Translations under genes and position numbers: made by a program | Part shown: positions 41,434 through 54,074 of the stretch, piece by piece | Numbering within the stretch: position 1 is the stretch's first letter | Layout of the letters: the number at the start of each line of letters is the position of its first letter | Origin: Octopus sinensis | Taxonomy: Eukaryota | Assembly: GCF_006345805.1 (NCBI RefSeq) | Contig: NC_043011.1 | Location: forward strand, 49,736,464-49,800,463 | DNA: 64,000 nucleotides | Reading direction: 5' to 3' | The notes under the pieces: generated by a model | What the model saw: the letters and a program-made list of their open reading frames with translations, nothing else | Databases searched by the model: none | What the model was told of the DNA's origin: nothing

Positions 41434-41632
41434 GTTCTTGCCCCACTGCTTAACAATCGGTTTGTTTACGTCTCCTTAACCTAGTGTTTCGGCAAGAGAG
41501 AACGCTAGGGATAAGTACTAGACTGTACAAATAATTACTGAGGTGGATTTGTTCGACTAAATTCTTCAAGGTGTTGCCGAGGCATGGCCGCATTTCGCAT
41601 TTCAATGACTGAAAGAAGCAGACGATAAAAGA
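41430..41632 (+). mobile_element. SINE family A 3' half, degraded
   Basis: tttacgtc...gtttcggcaa...aagtacta...ttcgactaa...catggccgca...aatgactgaaa. Confidence 0.7.
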
Positions 41633-42384
41633 TTGCTCTTACATGAATGCTACTCATCAGTTGACTCCCAATTTTCTCCTTCAATATCTTCATCGATTCT
41701 GTCCCTTTCTGTGACGAAAAACGCTTATCACACGATCACGATCAATTCTAGCTTTCGTACAACTAACCTACCTTGAATGAGCATTGTTGAGTATTCACCA
41801 GCCATTTGTATCCATGATATAAGGCTCAGCCAGAATCGAAGCCAAAACCTCGTGATTGCAAATCATTGGATTATATCAAAAAATTTACCTTGTATCGCAT
41901 TTGATATATCCTTACTTTTCTTATGCCTCGAATACAAAACACCGGCCTCTCTGAGAAATTTCTTTTAACTCCTTTTCTTTTCATTTATGCAAACTGTCTA
42001 AGCTTTAAACGTGTTCTGCTTTTTCTTGCATAAGTATTTAGTTTTGCTAGCGATAAGGTTGGGTAACTGCTGAGCTGATATCGTCCGCAGAGTTAGAAAC
42101 ATAAGTATTTTTCTTAATGGCATATAAGGTTTGAACAATACTTGATTCATGAGATTATCTCCCCCTTATATTTGGAGTTAGTTGCAATTCCACCACACGT
42201 TTATGTATCTTCTCAGGAACTTGAGATAATTTCAGTTAATGAAGAATTCATTGTCTAAGGCATATGATTTATCCTTATTTGTGTTAGCTGTTCAAATACA
42301 TATCACTTGCCACTTTGAGTTATTTCTTTTGACTCATTTCATTTCTTTTATTTCGAATCATCAAACTTCAATACTGGACAAAAT

Positions 42385-42735
42385 AAAGAGCGGTATTTCG
42401 CCCGCCTTTACCTTGTGAGTTCAAATTCCGCCGAAGTCGACTTTGCCTTTCATCCTTTCGGGGTCGATTAAATAAGTACCAGTTACGCATTGGGGTCGAT
42501 TTAATCGACTTAATCCGTTTGTCTGTCCTTGTTTGTCCTCTCTGTGTTTAGCCCCTTGTGGGTAGTAAAGAAATAGGTATTTCGCCCGCCTTTACCTTTT
42601 GAGTTCAAATTCCGCCGTGGTCAACTTTTCCTTTCATTCTTTCGGGGTCAATAAATTAAGTAACAATCAAGTAGTGGAGTCGATGTGATCAACTATACCA
42701 CTTCCCACAAATTTCAGGTCTTGTGCTTATAGTAG
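42385..42735 (+). mobile_element. Two tandem 5'-truncated family C SINEs
   Basis: ggtatttcgcccgcctttacctt...gagttcaaattccgcc repeated at ~42391 and ~42576. Confidence 0.8.
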
Positions 42736-43438
42736 AAAGGATTATTAAACTTCAGCAAGTATTTTATCTCCTCGGCAAAGTTCAGTGCTTTATTGTTGTA
42801 CTGGGACGCACTTACAAATCTGGTCTACTCTGGAGACAAAACAGATATCTACCTAGTAATAGTGGAAACCAAGTTTCACCAGGCGCTCCATGTGTGCTTC
42901 GAAACTTTATGTATAATTAGCAACTTCCCATTGGGCTTATGAAGGTTAAATTTATCGGTGCTTGGGATTACTGTAGTAGCGGAGAAACTAATAATATTAA
43001 GCTTGATTTTCTGCTATTGTACGTAAACATGTATATAAACATTGTATCTGGAGTAATTTTATTAGGTCCCTAGAGAACCAGAACCGGCAATAATGATAAC
43101 AGGTGTTTTACTTGACTTAGCGATAATTAGAACATATTGGTTTGTATGTATGAATATTCGATTTTTCTAATTGGAGTTATTGCTGGAAAACATGCATGTT
43201 GAAAGTTGCTATTGAGAGTCTATGTAAAGAAAAATACCAAAATTACAAGAGAAATAAGAAAATTATATTCATTAATCATTTATTAATCATCATATATTTA
43301 TACAAGTTTGATTGCTTTTAGTGTGTGCAATACATAAGTTCTATTCAACGATTCACTTGTTATTTGCCATTATGTTATTTTCTTTAATAAATGATCTACC
43401 AAATTTCACAAATCTTGCACATGTAAATTATCAAAATA

Positions 43439-44004
43439 TTGGGTTATCCAGAAAGTTCGTACGGATTTTTAAAGGAAAGAAAAAGGTCAGCAAATACTTG
43501 CCATTACATTTTTAATCAACCAAATATGAACCATTTTGTTGCACAATGCGTCTCCATCTTTCTTTAACTTGAAAAATACTCTCTTCCCAAAATTGACCTG
43601 GTTTCATGGCAAAGAATTCATCAAGGTATCTTTTTACATCATCCAAGGAATTGAAATTTTTACCATTAAGACTATTCTGCAGAGACCTGAATAAGTGGAA
43701 ATCTGAAGGAGCAATATCCGGTAAATATGGATGGTGGAGTAACCAATCCCAACCGAGCGGTAGCAATGTTTGTCTGGTTCCGAAAGTATCAAATGCCGAA
43801 AATGAACTTTCTTATCTTCTATTTTAAAGGGTTACAAAATTATCACAGGTTATAGGAACATAAACCTTCTTCCACGAAAAGATAGCCTAAACTCTGCTCT
43901 AAATGGAGATGTAGTCAAATCCTATTTTATGGACTCAACCATGTTCTAAAATAAGTCGAAAGGTAAGCTACTATAAATCGACACGAACTTTCCGGACAAC
44001 CCAA
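43439..44004 (-). mobile_element. Internally deleted mariner with both TIRs and TA duplication
   Basis: TA|TTGGGTTATCCAGAAAGTTCG at left, CGAACTTTCCGGACAACCCAA|TA at right; peptide HHPYLPDIAPSDFHLFRSLQN...ERWRRIVQQNGSY. Confidence 0.92.
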
Positions 44005-44443
44005 TATATTCATATTTACACACGGACATATGATCTTACAGATAGGTAATATACATTGTCTTAAGATTTTCAAAGGTTTAATTTTGTAAAAGTTGCACGT
44101 GTACAACATATTCGTCACATTTCGTGTAAAAGCTCCAAAACGTACATAACAAGCATTATTATTGACATTCACTGTAAAAATTCCTAAAGAACAATGCTTC
44201 TTGTAATGATACGTGGAGACACCAGTACATCTTGACTTCTGAATTTCCTATCTGTAATTTCCAATTATTTTTTTGATTTTGTTCTGCTTAAAATTTATAT
44301 ATATGCAAGCAGTGTAATAAGTAAATTGTGTAAAGTTGAATATATAATACCTCCCAGCAAGTTAAATATAAAATTAGTGGAATATAGGGAAACATGAAAC
44401 ATATGAAGTAAAATAATTGATAATGGAATAAAAGTAAATACAA

Positions 44444-44488
<45 letters not shown>

Positions 44489-44548
44489 GAGAAAATAAAA
44501 TAAAAACGGAAAATACGCACACTTACATGGTTATTGTATAATTTGTCA

Positions 44549-44585
44549 TGTATCGACCGGTTTCGCAATCGCTATTCATGATACA
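44549..44585 (-). ncRNA. Type I hammerhead with A3:U8 core variant, downstream of the PLE ORF
   Basis: UGUAUC AUGAAUA GC-GAUU-GC GAA ACCGGU C GAUACA; 6-bp stem I, palindromic stem III, GUC triplet. Confidence 0.65.
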
Positions 44586-44851
44586 ATGTTTAATATATAT
44601 GAAAATACATTTTTCTTAAGAAGAAAATGGGTCCATGTTGTTTCTAATGAAATTCACGAGTGAATGATTTTACAAGTTGACAAGTAAAGCGAGGTAATTG
44701 GTTGTTACTATTGTTAGTGTTATGTGTAAGGGAGATAACTGTTTAGGTTTTGGGTGGCGAATAAATGTGTACAGAAAGGAGACAGAAAGGGGGCCTTGTT
44801 TAGTAGTGGATTTATGTACAGTGAGGTAATATGTAAAAATATAAAAATTGG

Positions 44852-46520
44852 TTATTCGTGCTTATTAAGACGCGTTTTGTATTTTTCAATAAAAAAAGTT
44901 TCTTTATTTAAACGTTCTAGTTGAGAGATTGTGTCTTTGCACTGGTATAAAGGGAAGACTGTAAAATTTGGTTTGATGTTACCTGCACATTTTTCTATGT
45001 GTTCACTAAGAGGAATTTGTCTGTATTGCGGGAAACGGATTTGCTCTTTATGCAGAGTGATTCTCTTCCTCAAAGTTAAACTCGTTTATCCAATGTACTG
45101 ATGACTGCAACCCGAGCAGGTTATTACATAAATTAGGTTCTCAGAGGCACAGGTGAAACTAGTTTTAATTGTGAACCTCTGTCCTTGTTTGAAAAGGAAA
45201 TCCGAGCCTTCAAGCAGGTGGGGGCAGGTTCCACAGTTCGGGCTCCCACATTTTTTAACCGTTGGTTTCGTGGTTGTTTTGTAAAGCTTCGCATTTGTTA
45301 GTAGTCTCTTTAGCGATTTGTCTTGTTTTTTGCATTTGATGAGTTTGTGTGTTTTCAGGATGTCGTTCATTTTTGGATCTCTAGTTAGTAAAGGGAGGGT
45401 TTGCAAAATAGTGTTGAATGCCTCACTGTTTCTGGGGTTGTGTGTTGATATAAAAAGTAATGTTTTGGTTTGAGATGTGGTGCTATGTATTTTTGTTCTT
45501 AGTGTTTTTGTGTCTAATTGTTTGGCACGTTTAATTCCCTCGTCGATAAGAGAGGGTGGATATTGTCTTTCAGTAAGTGTTGTTTTGAGGTCTTGGAGAC
45601 GAAGGTCCCGAGTTGTTCTATCAGACACTATTGTGCAGATCCTTTTTACTAAGTTAAAAGGGATGTTTATTTTTATGTGTTTCGGGTGGCATGAGTTAAA
45701 AAGAAGATATTGTTTTGCGTCAGCTGGTTTATAATAAATGTCAGTTATGATTTCATTGTTGACTTTTTTCCATCATGATGTCTAAAAATGGAAGTTGTTC
45801 TTTATTATATTCCATTGTGAATTGAATGTTACTATTTATGTCATTTAGTGTTGTTTTGAAATCCAGAAGTTTGTCGATGTTCTCCTTCCCGATGATAAAA
45901 GTCATCCAGGTATCGTTTCCAATTTTCTCTTATGTAGAGGTAAAATGGGTGACCATATTTCTGAAGTGATACTTCATATAGGGTGAATTCAAAATAACCC
46001 ATTATTAGGTTCGCAAGAACAGGAGCTGCTTTCGTCCCCATCGCAATTCCGCATTCTGACGATAGTATGTGTCATTAAATAGGAAATAATTGTTCTGAAG
46101 TATAAATTTTAAGGATTCAATAATAAAGGTCTGGTTTATGCGTTCCGAAAGGACTTCGGGGTACTTTTCCAACCAGAATTTAATTGCTTTTATTCCATAG
46201 TCATGGGGGATGTTGTGTAAAGATTGATAACATCGAGGGTGACCGATACTGCTTCTTCATTAATCGTTTTTGGTAGGTGTTCTAACATGTCTAAATCATC
46301 CCTAATGAAGCTTTTGATGTATTTCAGCAAAGGTTTCAGTAGGATGTCTAGAAAATTATTCAGTCGGTGGGTTTCACAGGCTGGCCCAGCTACAATGGGT
46401 CTTAAAGTCAAGTCTTCTGGCGTTTGGGTGTTTTTATATTTGCCTGGTGATTGTTTGCAGGCTTCATTGATTAGCTTGCTCTTGTGTATTTTAGGGAGGC
46501 CATAAAAAGACTGGGTTTAC
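44852..46520 (-). mobile_element. Penelope-like retroelement (RT plus GIY-YIG endonuclease), frameshifted, 5'-truncated
   Basis: YGLPKIHKS, RPIVAGP, LDVINLYT, MGTKAAPVLANLIMGYFE, WKRYLDD, CGSPNCGTCPH, NLIYVITCSGCSHQYIG. Confidence 0.95.
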
Positions 46521-46543
46521 ATTTGAAGTTCGTGATGTAGTCT

Positions 46544-46581
<38 letters not shown>

Positions 46582-46885
46582 ACGACACAGCACTGCGTAT
46601 TATATACATGTATATTGTTAGATTTACCAGCAAGAAAAAGGAGAAAACTAGTCTGATTATCGGAACGTAAAAGCGTTAGTGAAATGTTATGAAGCAAAAA
46701 AGGCAACAGAATTAACGTTCAAATATAATAAACATAACGACTCCAACCGATGTCAAATGTATTAGAGCTCGTGTCGAATGATTTAGAACGTAAATCATGT
46801 AAAGTAGAACATATTCAACAGCTTCAAATGCCTAAATGTTACTCACAAAAGTATATACACAAAAACACGTTGGGTATGATACATT

Positions 46886-47965
46886 TAGGATCTATTCCGT
46901 TTGGTTCATAGATTTTTTAATTAATTTCTTTTTTAACTAAATAGTTTAAAACTTCGTATACTGAGAGAATGCCTTATGCAGGACACGGTTTACTTTCAAC
47001 ATTTTTCTTTACAAAATTTGGTATTTTGGAAGTTATTTCGTGTTAAAGTTGTATTTGGGTAATTTCAACCAATCAACGACGTGTATTCAGTTGAAGAAAG
47101 CTACTACTGTTTGCGATAGTAATCAAAGAGGAACAACTTCCTGGTCATCACTACCAAATGTCACCATACTGTTCTATTTTATTTGTACTCGCGTCGGAGT
47201 AACCAGTAAACATCGACGAATCAACACCAAGAAGGAAGAAATATTATTTACATATTCGTTTGCCTGACATCGGAGTTTTATCCACACATGAAGCGCACCG
47301 GTGTTTAAAAGACGCATAGAGCTACGAGCCCGCAGCTAACTTTTTTGTTGCTTGTTGGTTTTAAAATGCCTAATTTTACAACTATGTGATGTATTGTTAT
47401 TGTCAGGATTTTATCTTACTATAATCAACTACGAACACATTTCGTCAATATAAAATTCTTTATTAGATTAAAAATTTCGTTATCAAAACATAAAGGTAAG
47501 ACAAAACAAATAGCGGTTTCTCCACCGGAAAATACGGTAATTGTAGTGGCAGTGACAAATTCGTTTGCTGGTTGCTAGCTGATTGTGTAGAAGGGAGGGA
47601 AAGAGTAAGGAATGCACGGTGCTGACTAGAAGGGAAGAAAGGATAAAGGTGGCATCATCTTCGCTCGACATACGAATAGAATAGAGTAGTGATATTTAGT
47701 AGAGATGACTCAGAAGTTGTTCCTCTTCGATTGCTATCGCAAACAGCAATAGATTTTTTCACCTGAATACACGTCGTTGATTGGTTGAAATTACTCAAAT
47801 ACGACCCCTTTAACACGAAATAACTTCTAAAATATCAAATTTTGTCGAAAGTGTTCAAAGTAAACCGTGTTCTGCACGTGGCATTCTCCCAGTATACGAA
47901 ATTTCAAACTGTTTAGTTAAAAAAAAAATAATTAAAAATCTGTCAGTCTAGCTGAACAGATCCTA
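46886..47965. mobile_element. Non-autonomous DNA transposon with ~260-bp imperfect terminal inverted repeats
   Basis: Termini TAGGATCT(A/G)TTC; 46886-47150 aligns inverted with 47705-47965, e.g. ttcaaccaatcaacgacgtgtattcag. Confidence 0.8.
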
Positions 47966-47971
47966 TATATA

Positions 47972-48237
<266 letters not shown>

Positions 48238-49556
48238 TATTGAATGAATATGAGAAAGATTAGAGATAATGTACGCTTTATTCGTGATCAGATGTTCTAC
48301 TGTATATTAATACCTAAAACCAGAAAATATGAGAGAGTTATGTCGTCTCATATTTTCGACATCAATTCTCCTTCATTACTGTAAATTCCACCTCTTATAT
48401 AGCGAATGTTTTTATTTCAAAATATCACGCATACGAACTTGCACACGCGAGCGTTAACATATCTGACAATAAACAACCCGTTTGCGTTCTTTGAAACCAG
48501 GTGCCACAATAAAGAACTACAAGTATTACACCAGTCAGTGTGCAGGTGTTAACGAAATTCAGAGTTTTGTTTCAAAGAGGTTTGATTGGAGCAAATGAGC
48601 GATGTCAAACTGCATGTATTTGCAATTGTGTTCGTTTTCTCTTCTACAGAATCATTTTAATATTTCATCGTACAACCCTATGTAGAAAAGATATGTTTAT
48701 TTAATTATATAATTAAGGCGTACTGAATCATATAATAATTATTTCAAGGATATGACTGTTGACTGTTCCTAATTCAAGCTCAAATTATACTGAAAGTTTC
48801 TGTTAAAACTTGTTTGTGGTCCTTCAACGTAATGTAGCGTACTGAGTGCTCAATACTCGACTTTGACTTCATAACCACCCACGTACAATATTTTTTAATT
48901 TGATAAACGTGCTTGCGTTCTCACTAGAATGTTTGAGAAATATATGCTGATTATATTATTGGATAAAAGTCACAATAAAACATTAATATCGATGATATAA
49001 CGTATTTTATATCTTGCCGGATGAAACATCCACATGTCCAATGACAATAACGATGTCAAATTCTTTTTTGGATTATAGTGAATACCCTCAGGAATTCACA
49101 TGAAATTTATATTTTTCATTAGATTAAATATGTCACAACAAATATTTTATTATCGTCAATATTTAACGGATTCTCACGCGTTCTAAAACCAAATTTAGTA
49201 GTTACATTGCTACAGGCATTCCATTATCAAAGAAATACGGTCTTTGATAATCTAATGAAATCGCCAGTGATTTCTATCCAGCAAACTGTATTTGAAGACC
49301 GTTTAGGTGGAGACCTTTCAATGGTATTGCTCCACGCTCCCCCTATATTAAACAGTTGCGTACAGCGAATCTACTCATGAAAAATGAGTGGTATATATGA
49401 TTATGATGCTATGGCACAAAGAATTGCGCTAACACAAACGAGTACCCAATGAGGTTTGTACACATTGGTACTAATTATTTTAAGTTGCAAACTTACGATG
49501 ACTATTTATATGGTATCATCATTGTCATCGTCGTTATTATTAATATTATTATTATT

Positions 49557-49754
49557 CTATGTTTGACTTTTGCTTTATATTTGTACAAGTTGGCTCCAAG
49601 TCTCACCCAGAGACCTCAAGAGACAACAGGTTGGAAGTTCATGTTGTTGTTATGCCTAGTGTGCCATATATTTTTTTTTGGGGGGGGGAGTTTTTGGTGT
49701 TGTACTAATGAATGTCTAAAAAAAATTTTTTTTTTAAACCGAAAATTATGTTTG

Positions 49755-49817
<63 letters not shown>

Positions 49818-50147
49818 TATGTTTGACTTTTGCTTTATGTTTGTACAAGTTGGCTGCTCCAAGTCTCACCCAGAGACCTCAAGAGACAACTGGTTGGAAG
49901 TTCGTTATGTTATGCCTAGTGTGCCATATATTTGGTTTTGTATTTAGTGTTGTACTAGTGAATGTCAAACAAAAAGAAAGAAAATTATGTTTGTCTTCAA
50001 ACTTGAGATTACATAGAAAGTATTTTGCGTAGGATATGAACAGTTCCCATGAGCACTATCTTTTGAATTTCTGCCATTTTGGGGTAGCGATCAGCCCCTT
50101 TTGCTATCATTCCCAGGGCACCTATGACAACAGGTATTGTTTTAGTC
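49557..50147 (-). mobile_element. R4/Dong-like LINE 3' end in (TAA)n, with tandemly duplicated 3' UTR
   Basis: Minus-strand TIPVVIGALGMIAKG...EIQKIVLMGTVHILRKILSM* (stop ~50009); 3' UTR copies start at 49557 and 49817, each bounded by (TTA)n. Confidence 0.85.
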
Positions 50148-50206
50148 TTATTATTATTATTATTATTTATTATTATTATTATTAATTATTATTATTATTA
50201 TTATTA

Positions 50207-50420
50207 AAGGCGGCAAGCTGGCAGAATCATTGGCGCGCCGGACAAAATGCTTAGCAGTATTTCGTCTGCTTTTATCTTCTGTGTTCAAATTCCGCCGTGG
50301 TCGACTTTGCTTTCATTCTTTCGATGTCGATAAATTATGTTGCATTGAAACACTGGGGGCCGATGTAACTGACTGGTCCCCTCTCCCAAAATTTCAGGCC
50401 TTGTGCCTTTAGTAGAAAGG
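50207..50420 (+). mobile_element. SINE family C inside (TTA)n
   Basis: AAGGCGGCAAGCTGGCAGAATC...GGCCTTGTGCC. Confidence 0.85.
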
Positions 50421-50446
50421 GTTATTATTATTATTAATTATTATTA

Positions 50447-50479
<33 letters not shown>

Positions 50480-50483
<4 letters not shown>

Positions 50484-51262
50484 GGACGACTGATTTATCA
50501 TTTGGAATGAGACCACTGATAAACTTTCAAAATCTAAATCAATACTAAGCACTGACATTCAATTTACAATGGAATATAGCAAAGAATACCTCCCTTTCTT
50601 AGATATTATGATAAAAAAGTCAAGAACCAAATTGTAACTGACGTTTATTATAGGCCAACAGACAGGAAGCAATATCTTTTGTTTAGTTCATGTCACACGA
50701 AACACATCAAATAAAATATCTCCTTTAATTTAGCGAAAAGATTTGCACAATAGTGTCTGATGGAAATATTTGGGACCTCCGTCTTCAAGACCTCAAAACA
50801 ACACTAATTGAGAGAGACGATCCACCCTCGTTTATAGATGACGAAATTAAACGTGCTAAAAAACCAGGCCTTAAAACACTAAAGGAAAGCAAACGTAACA
50901 CCACACGTCATCTCAAAATACTATTGTATGTATCAACTCACAACACTAAAAACAATGAGGCATACAACACTATTCTACACAATCTACCAATGCTTCCTGG
51001 GGAGCCAAAAACGAAAAGACTTCTGACAAATGTGAAACTTTACTCGAGAACCACGAAACCGATAGTTAAAAAATGTGGACGTCCAAACTGTGGAACTTGC
51101 CCCAACCTGAAGGAAGGCTCGGAATTCCTATTCAAACAAGGAAAGAGGTTTACAATTAAAATCAACTTCACGTGTGCTTTCGAGAATCTAACTTGTCTTA
51201 TAACTTGTTCAGTTTGTGGACATAACTATATAGGACAGACAAGAACTTCACTTCGAGGGAGA
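50480..51262 (+). mobile_element. Penelope-like element fragment (RT C-terminus to YIG), same family as 44852-46520, opposite orientation
   Basis: YMDD, LPFLDI, CGRPNCGTCPNL, CSVCGHNYIGQT. Confidence 0.92.
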
Positions 51263-51274
51263 AAAAATACACAT

Positions 51275-51744
51275 TTCAGTACCGGTTTCAGTCATTGTGA
51301 CTTTTTCAACTGTAACAATTAAACAATTAAATTTAGAAAAATTAGAAGAAAAGTTTTTTAAAAGAATATTTGTATAGTGTTCAAATACAAGTGGCATTTT
51401 CCTTCTTTCGCCCTGTCTCTGTCTCTCTTGTTTACTCTTGTGGGTTCGAGGTCCTTGTGAATTCTTGGCAGGGAAGACGAAGAAGAAGAAGAAGAAGAAG
51501 AATGTGGGTATGCCATGGCACTCCCACATTCTTCTTCTTCGTCTTCCCTGTCAAGAATTCACAACGACCTCGAAACCACAAGAGTAAACAAGAGAGACAG
51601 AGAGAAGCCGACAAAAGGAAAATACCACTTGTATTTGAACGCTATACAAATATTCTTTTAAAAAAATTTTCTTTTAATTTTTCTAAATTTAATTGTTTAA
51701 TTGTTACAGTTGAAAAAGTCACAATGACTGAAACAGGTACTGAA
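51275..51744. repeat. Spacer-less palindrome, ~235-bp arms, centred on TGCCA|TGGCA
   Basis: 51275-51515 versus 51516-51744, roughly 14 mismatches in ~200 aligned bases by eye; (GAA)n/(TTC)n next to the centre. Confidence 0.93.
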
Positions 51745-51830
51745 CTGTTTTTTATAACGTTGTTTTAGCATTTTCTATCTTGACTTTTTTCCATATATAT
51801 CAACCCGTGTGTTCCTTTTCATCCTTCTAC

Positions 51831-51894
<64 letters not shown>

Positions 51895-52588
51895 TATACT
51901 TATATATATATATATTTATATATGTATAGAGAGAGAGGGAGAGAGAGATAGATAGATAGATAGATAGATATATGTATGCATATATATATGTAGGTATATG
52001 TATATATATATAAATGCATGTATGTAGGTACATATATATGTATGTAGGTATATGTATATATATATGAATGCATGTATGTAGGTACATATATATATATATG
52101 TATGTAGGTATATGTATATATATATATATATTATATATATATATATATATATAAATGTATATATATATATATTATAATATATATATATATACATACATGT
52201 TAATATCGAAATGAGAACGAGTACTCAATACCGCATTGGTGGATAATTTTTTTTTTGTGGGTTAACACGACTATTTTAATCCATGTTGATACGAAACCAC
52301 TGGTAGCCTTGTTAACCACAAATGAAATACACACACACACATGCACACTCACATACGTACAAACATACACACAATATCTTTTGGGCAATAATCTCATGAC
52401 CTGCATACGATATGCTATCATAGGGCAAGTCTATTTCCTGAGCAGTTAAGCAAGTGGAAACTCCGTTAATGTATAGAATTCATATAAAAGCTTGCACATC
52501 GTCGGATAGATTTCTTTTAAGTGCCTTAAAAGCAACCTGCTCGATAAAGTAACACTACACGGCTTTTGCCGAATCTTATCACGTTTCA

Positions 52589-52891
52589 CTCTTTTACTCT
52601 TTTACTTGTTTCAGTCATTTGACTGGGGCCATGCTGGAGCATCGCCTTTAGTCGAGCAAATCGACCAACTCCACGACTTATTCTTTGTAAGCCTTGTACT
52701 TATTTTATCGGTGCCTTTTGCCGAACCGCTAAGTTACGGGAACGTAAACACAACCAGCATCAATATTTGGGGTGGGGCCAAACAAGACACACAAACATAC
52801 ACAGACACACAGACAGACAGACAGACAGACAGACACACACACACACACGCACACCACAACATATATATATATACATATAAATATATATATA

Positions 52892-52961
<70 letters not shown>

Positions 52962-53095
52962 TCTTTCAGTTTCCGTCTACCAATTCCACTCACGGCGCGA
53001 GGCTACAGTAGAAGACACTTGCCCAAGGTGCCACGCACTGCGACTGAACCCGGAGCCATGTGGTTGGTAAGCAAGCTATTTACCACACAGCCACT
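52589..53095 (-). mobile_element. SINE family A with expanded internal microsatellite
   Basis: Collinear with 39271-39673. Confidence 0.88.
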
Positions 53096-53389
53096 GTGTT
53101 GATATGAGGATGAATTCTCAGCTACTTTAAGGTCGTACAACGGTACGGAAACAATTGTTGCAATGTATAATTAAAGCCTGTTTTGCAGTATAAATATGAG
53201 TGTCTTTGTGTATTTCTGTTGGCTTGTATATTGTTGATGTCATAGTAATCTTTTGATGTTAGAGCTTATTGTTGAACCCCCGGAGAAGGAAATGTAAAGT
53301 CGGCTTCGTTGGGATTTGAACTCAGAACACATGGGGGAATATTTTGTGCATGAGTCAGTTTTACATGTAACTATATTGTGTGGTGAGAG

Positions 53390-53900
53390 GGAGAGAGAGA
53401 GAGAGAGGGGGTACAAGGGAGAAAAGACGTGAGAGCGAGAGAGATGAAGAAAGAGACAGGAACATTGAGATAGAAAAAGGGGGAGAGGTTAGGAAGAAAG
53501 AATGAAACAAGGAAGGAAAGATGGCAAAGAAGAAAAAGAAGAAAGAAGAAGAAGCAGAAGGGAAGGAAAGAAAAGAAAGACGGAATGGAAGATAGAAGAA
53601 GGAATTAAAAGAAACGAAGAATGGAAGGAAGAAGGTAAGAAAGAAAGAAAGAAAGAACGAAAAAAAGACAGAAGGAAGGAAGGAGGGAAAGCAGGAAAGA
53701 GAGACAGACAGACGGAAGGAAAGATAAACAGAAAGAAAGAAAGGAAGAAAGACAAAAGAAGAAGAGAGGAAAATGAGGGAAAGAACGAAACAAAGAAGGA
53801 AAGAAAGATAAAAGGAAAGAAAGGAAAAAAGTAAAAGGAAAGAAACGGAGAAAGAAAGAAAGAAAGAAAGAAAGAACGAAATAAAGAAAGAAAAGAGACG
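53390..53900. repeat. Purine-rich (GA/GAAA) low-complexity tract
   Basis: Directly visible; source of the K/E/R-rich and F/S/L-rich spurious ORFs. Confidence 0.9.
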
Positions 53901-53935
53901 AGATGTTGGCAGTATGTCGACCGGGAAGAGATAAA

Positions 53936-54074
53936 GTTACCATAGCAACAACAACCCTCCCCCACCCTCTTTCGCCATCATCAACATCCAGAGCCATCTT
54001 GTGTAGTGTGAACAGACAGCAGGTATCTATGGCAACGTTATGCATTGTGGCGCATAAACAGTAACCATAACAAC
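53936..54074. promoter_or_regulatory. Cluster of three RFX X-box motifs
   Basis: GTTACCATAGCAAC (53936-53949), GTATCTATGGCAAC (54023-54036) and GTAACCATAACAAC (54061-54074) all fit GTHNYYATRRNAAC. Confidence 0.6.

Noticed and set aside
53502-53834. K/E/R-rich 110-aa ORF
   Set aside because: Translation of a purine-rich low-complexity tract.
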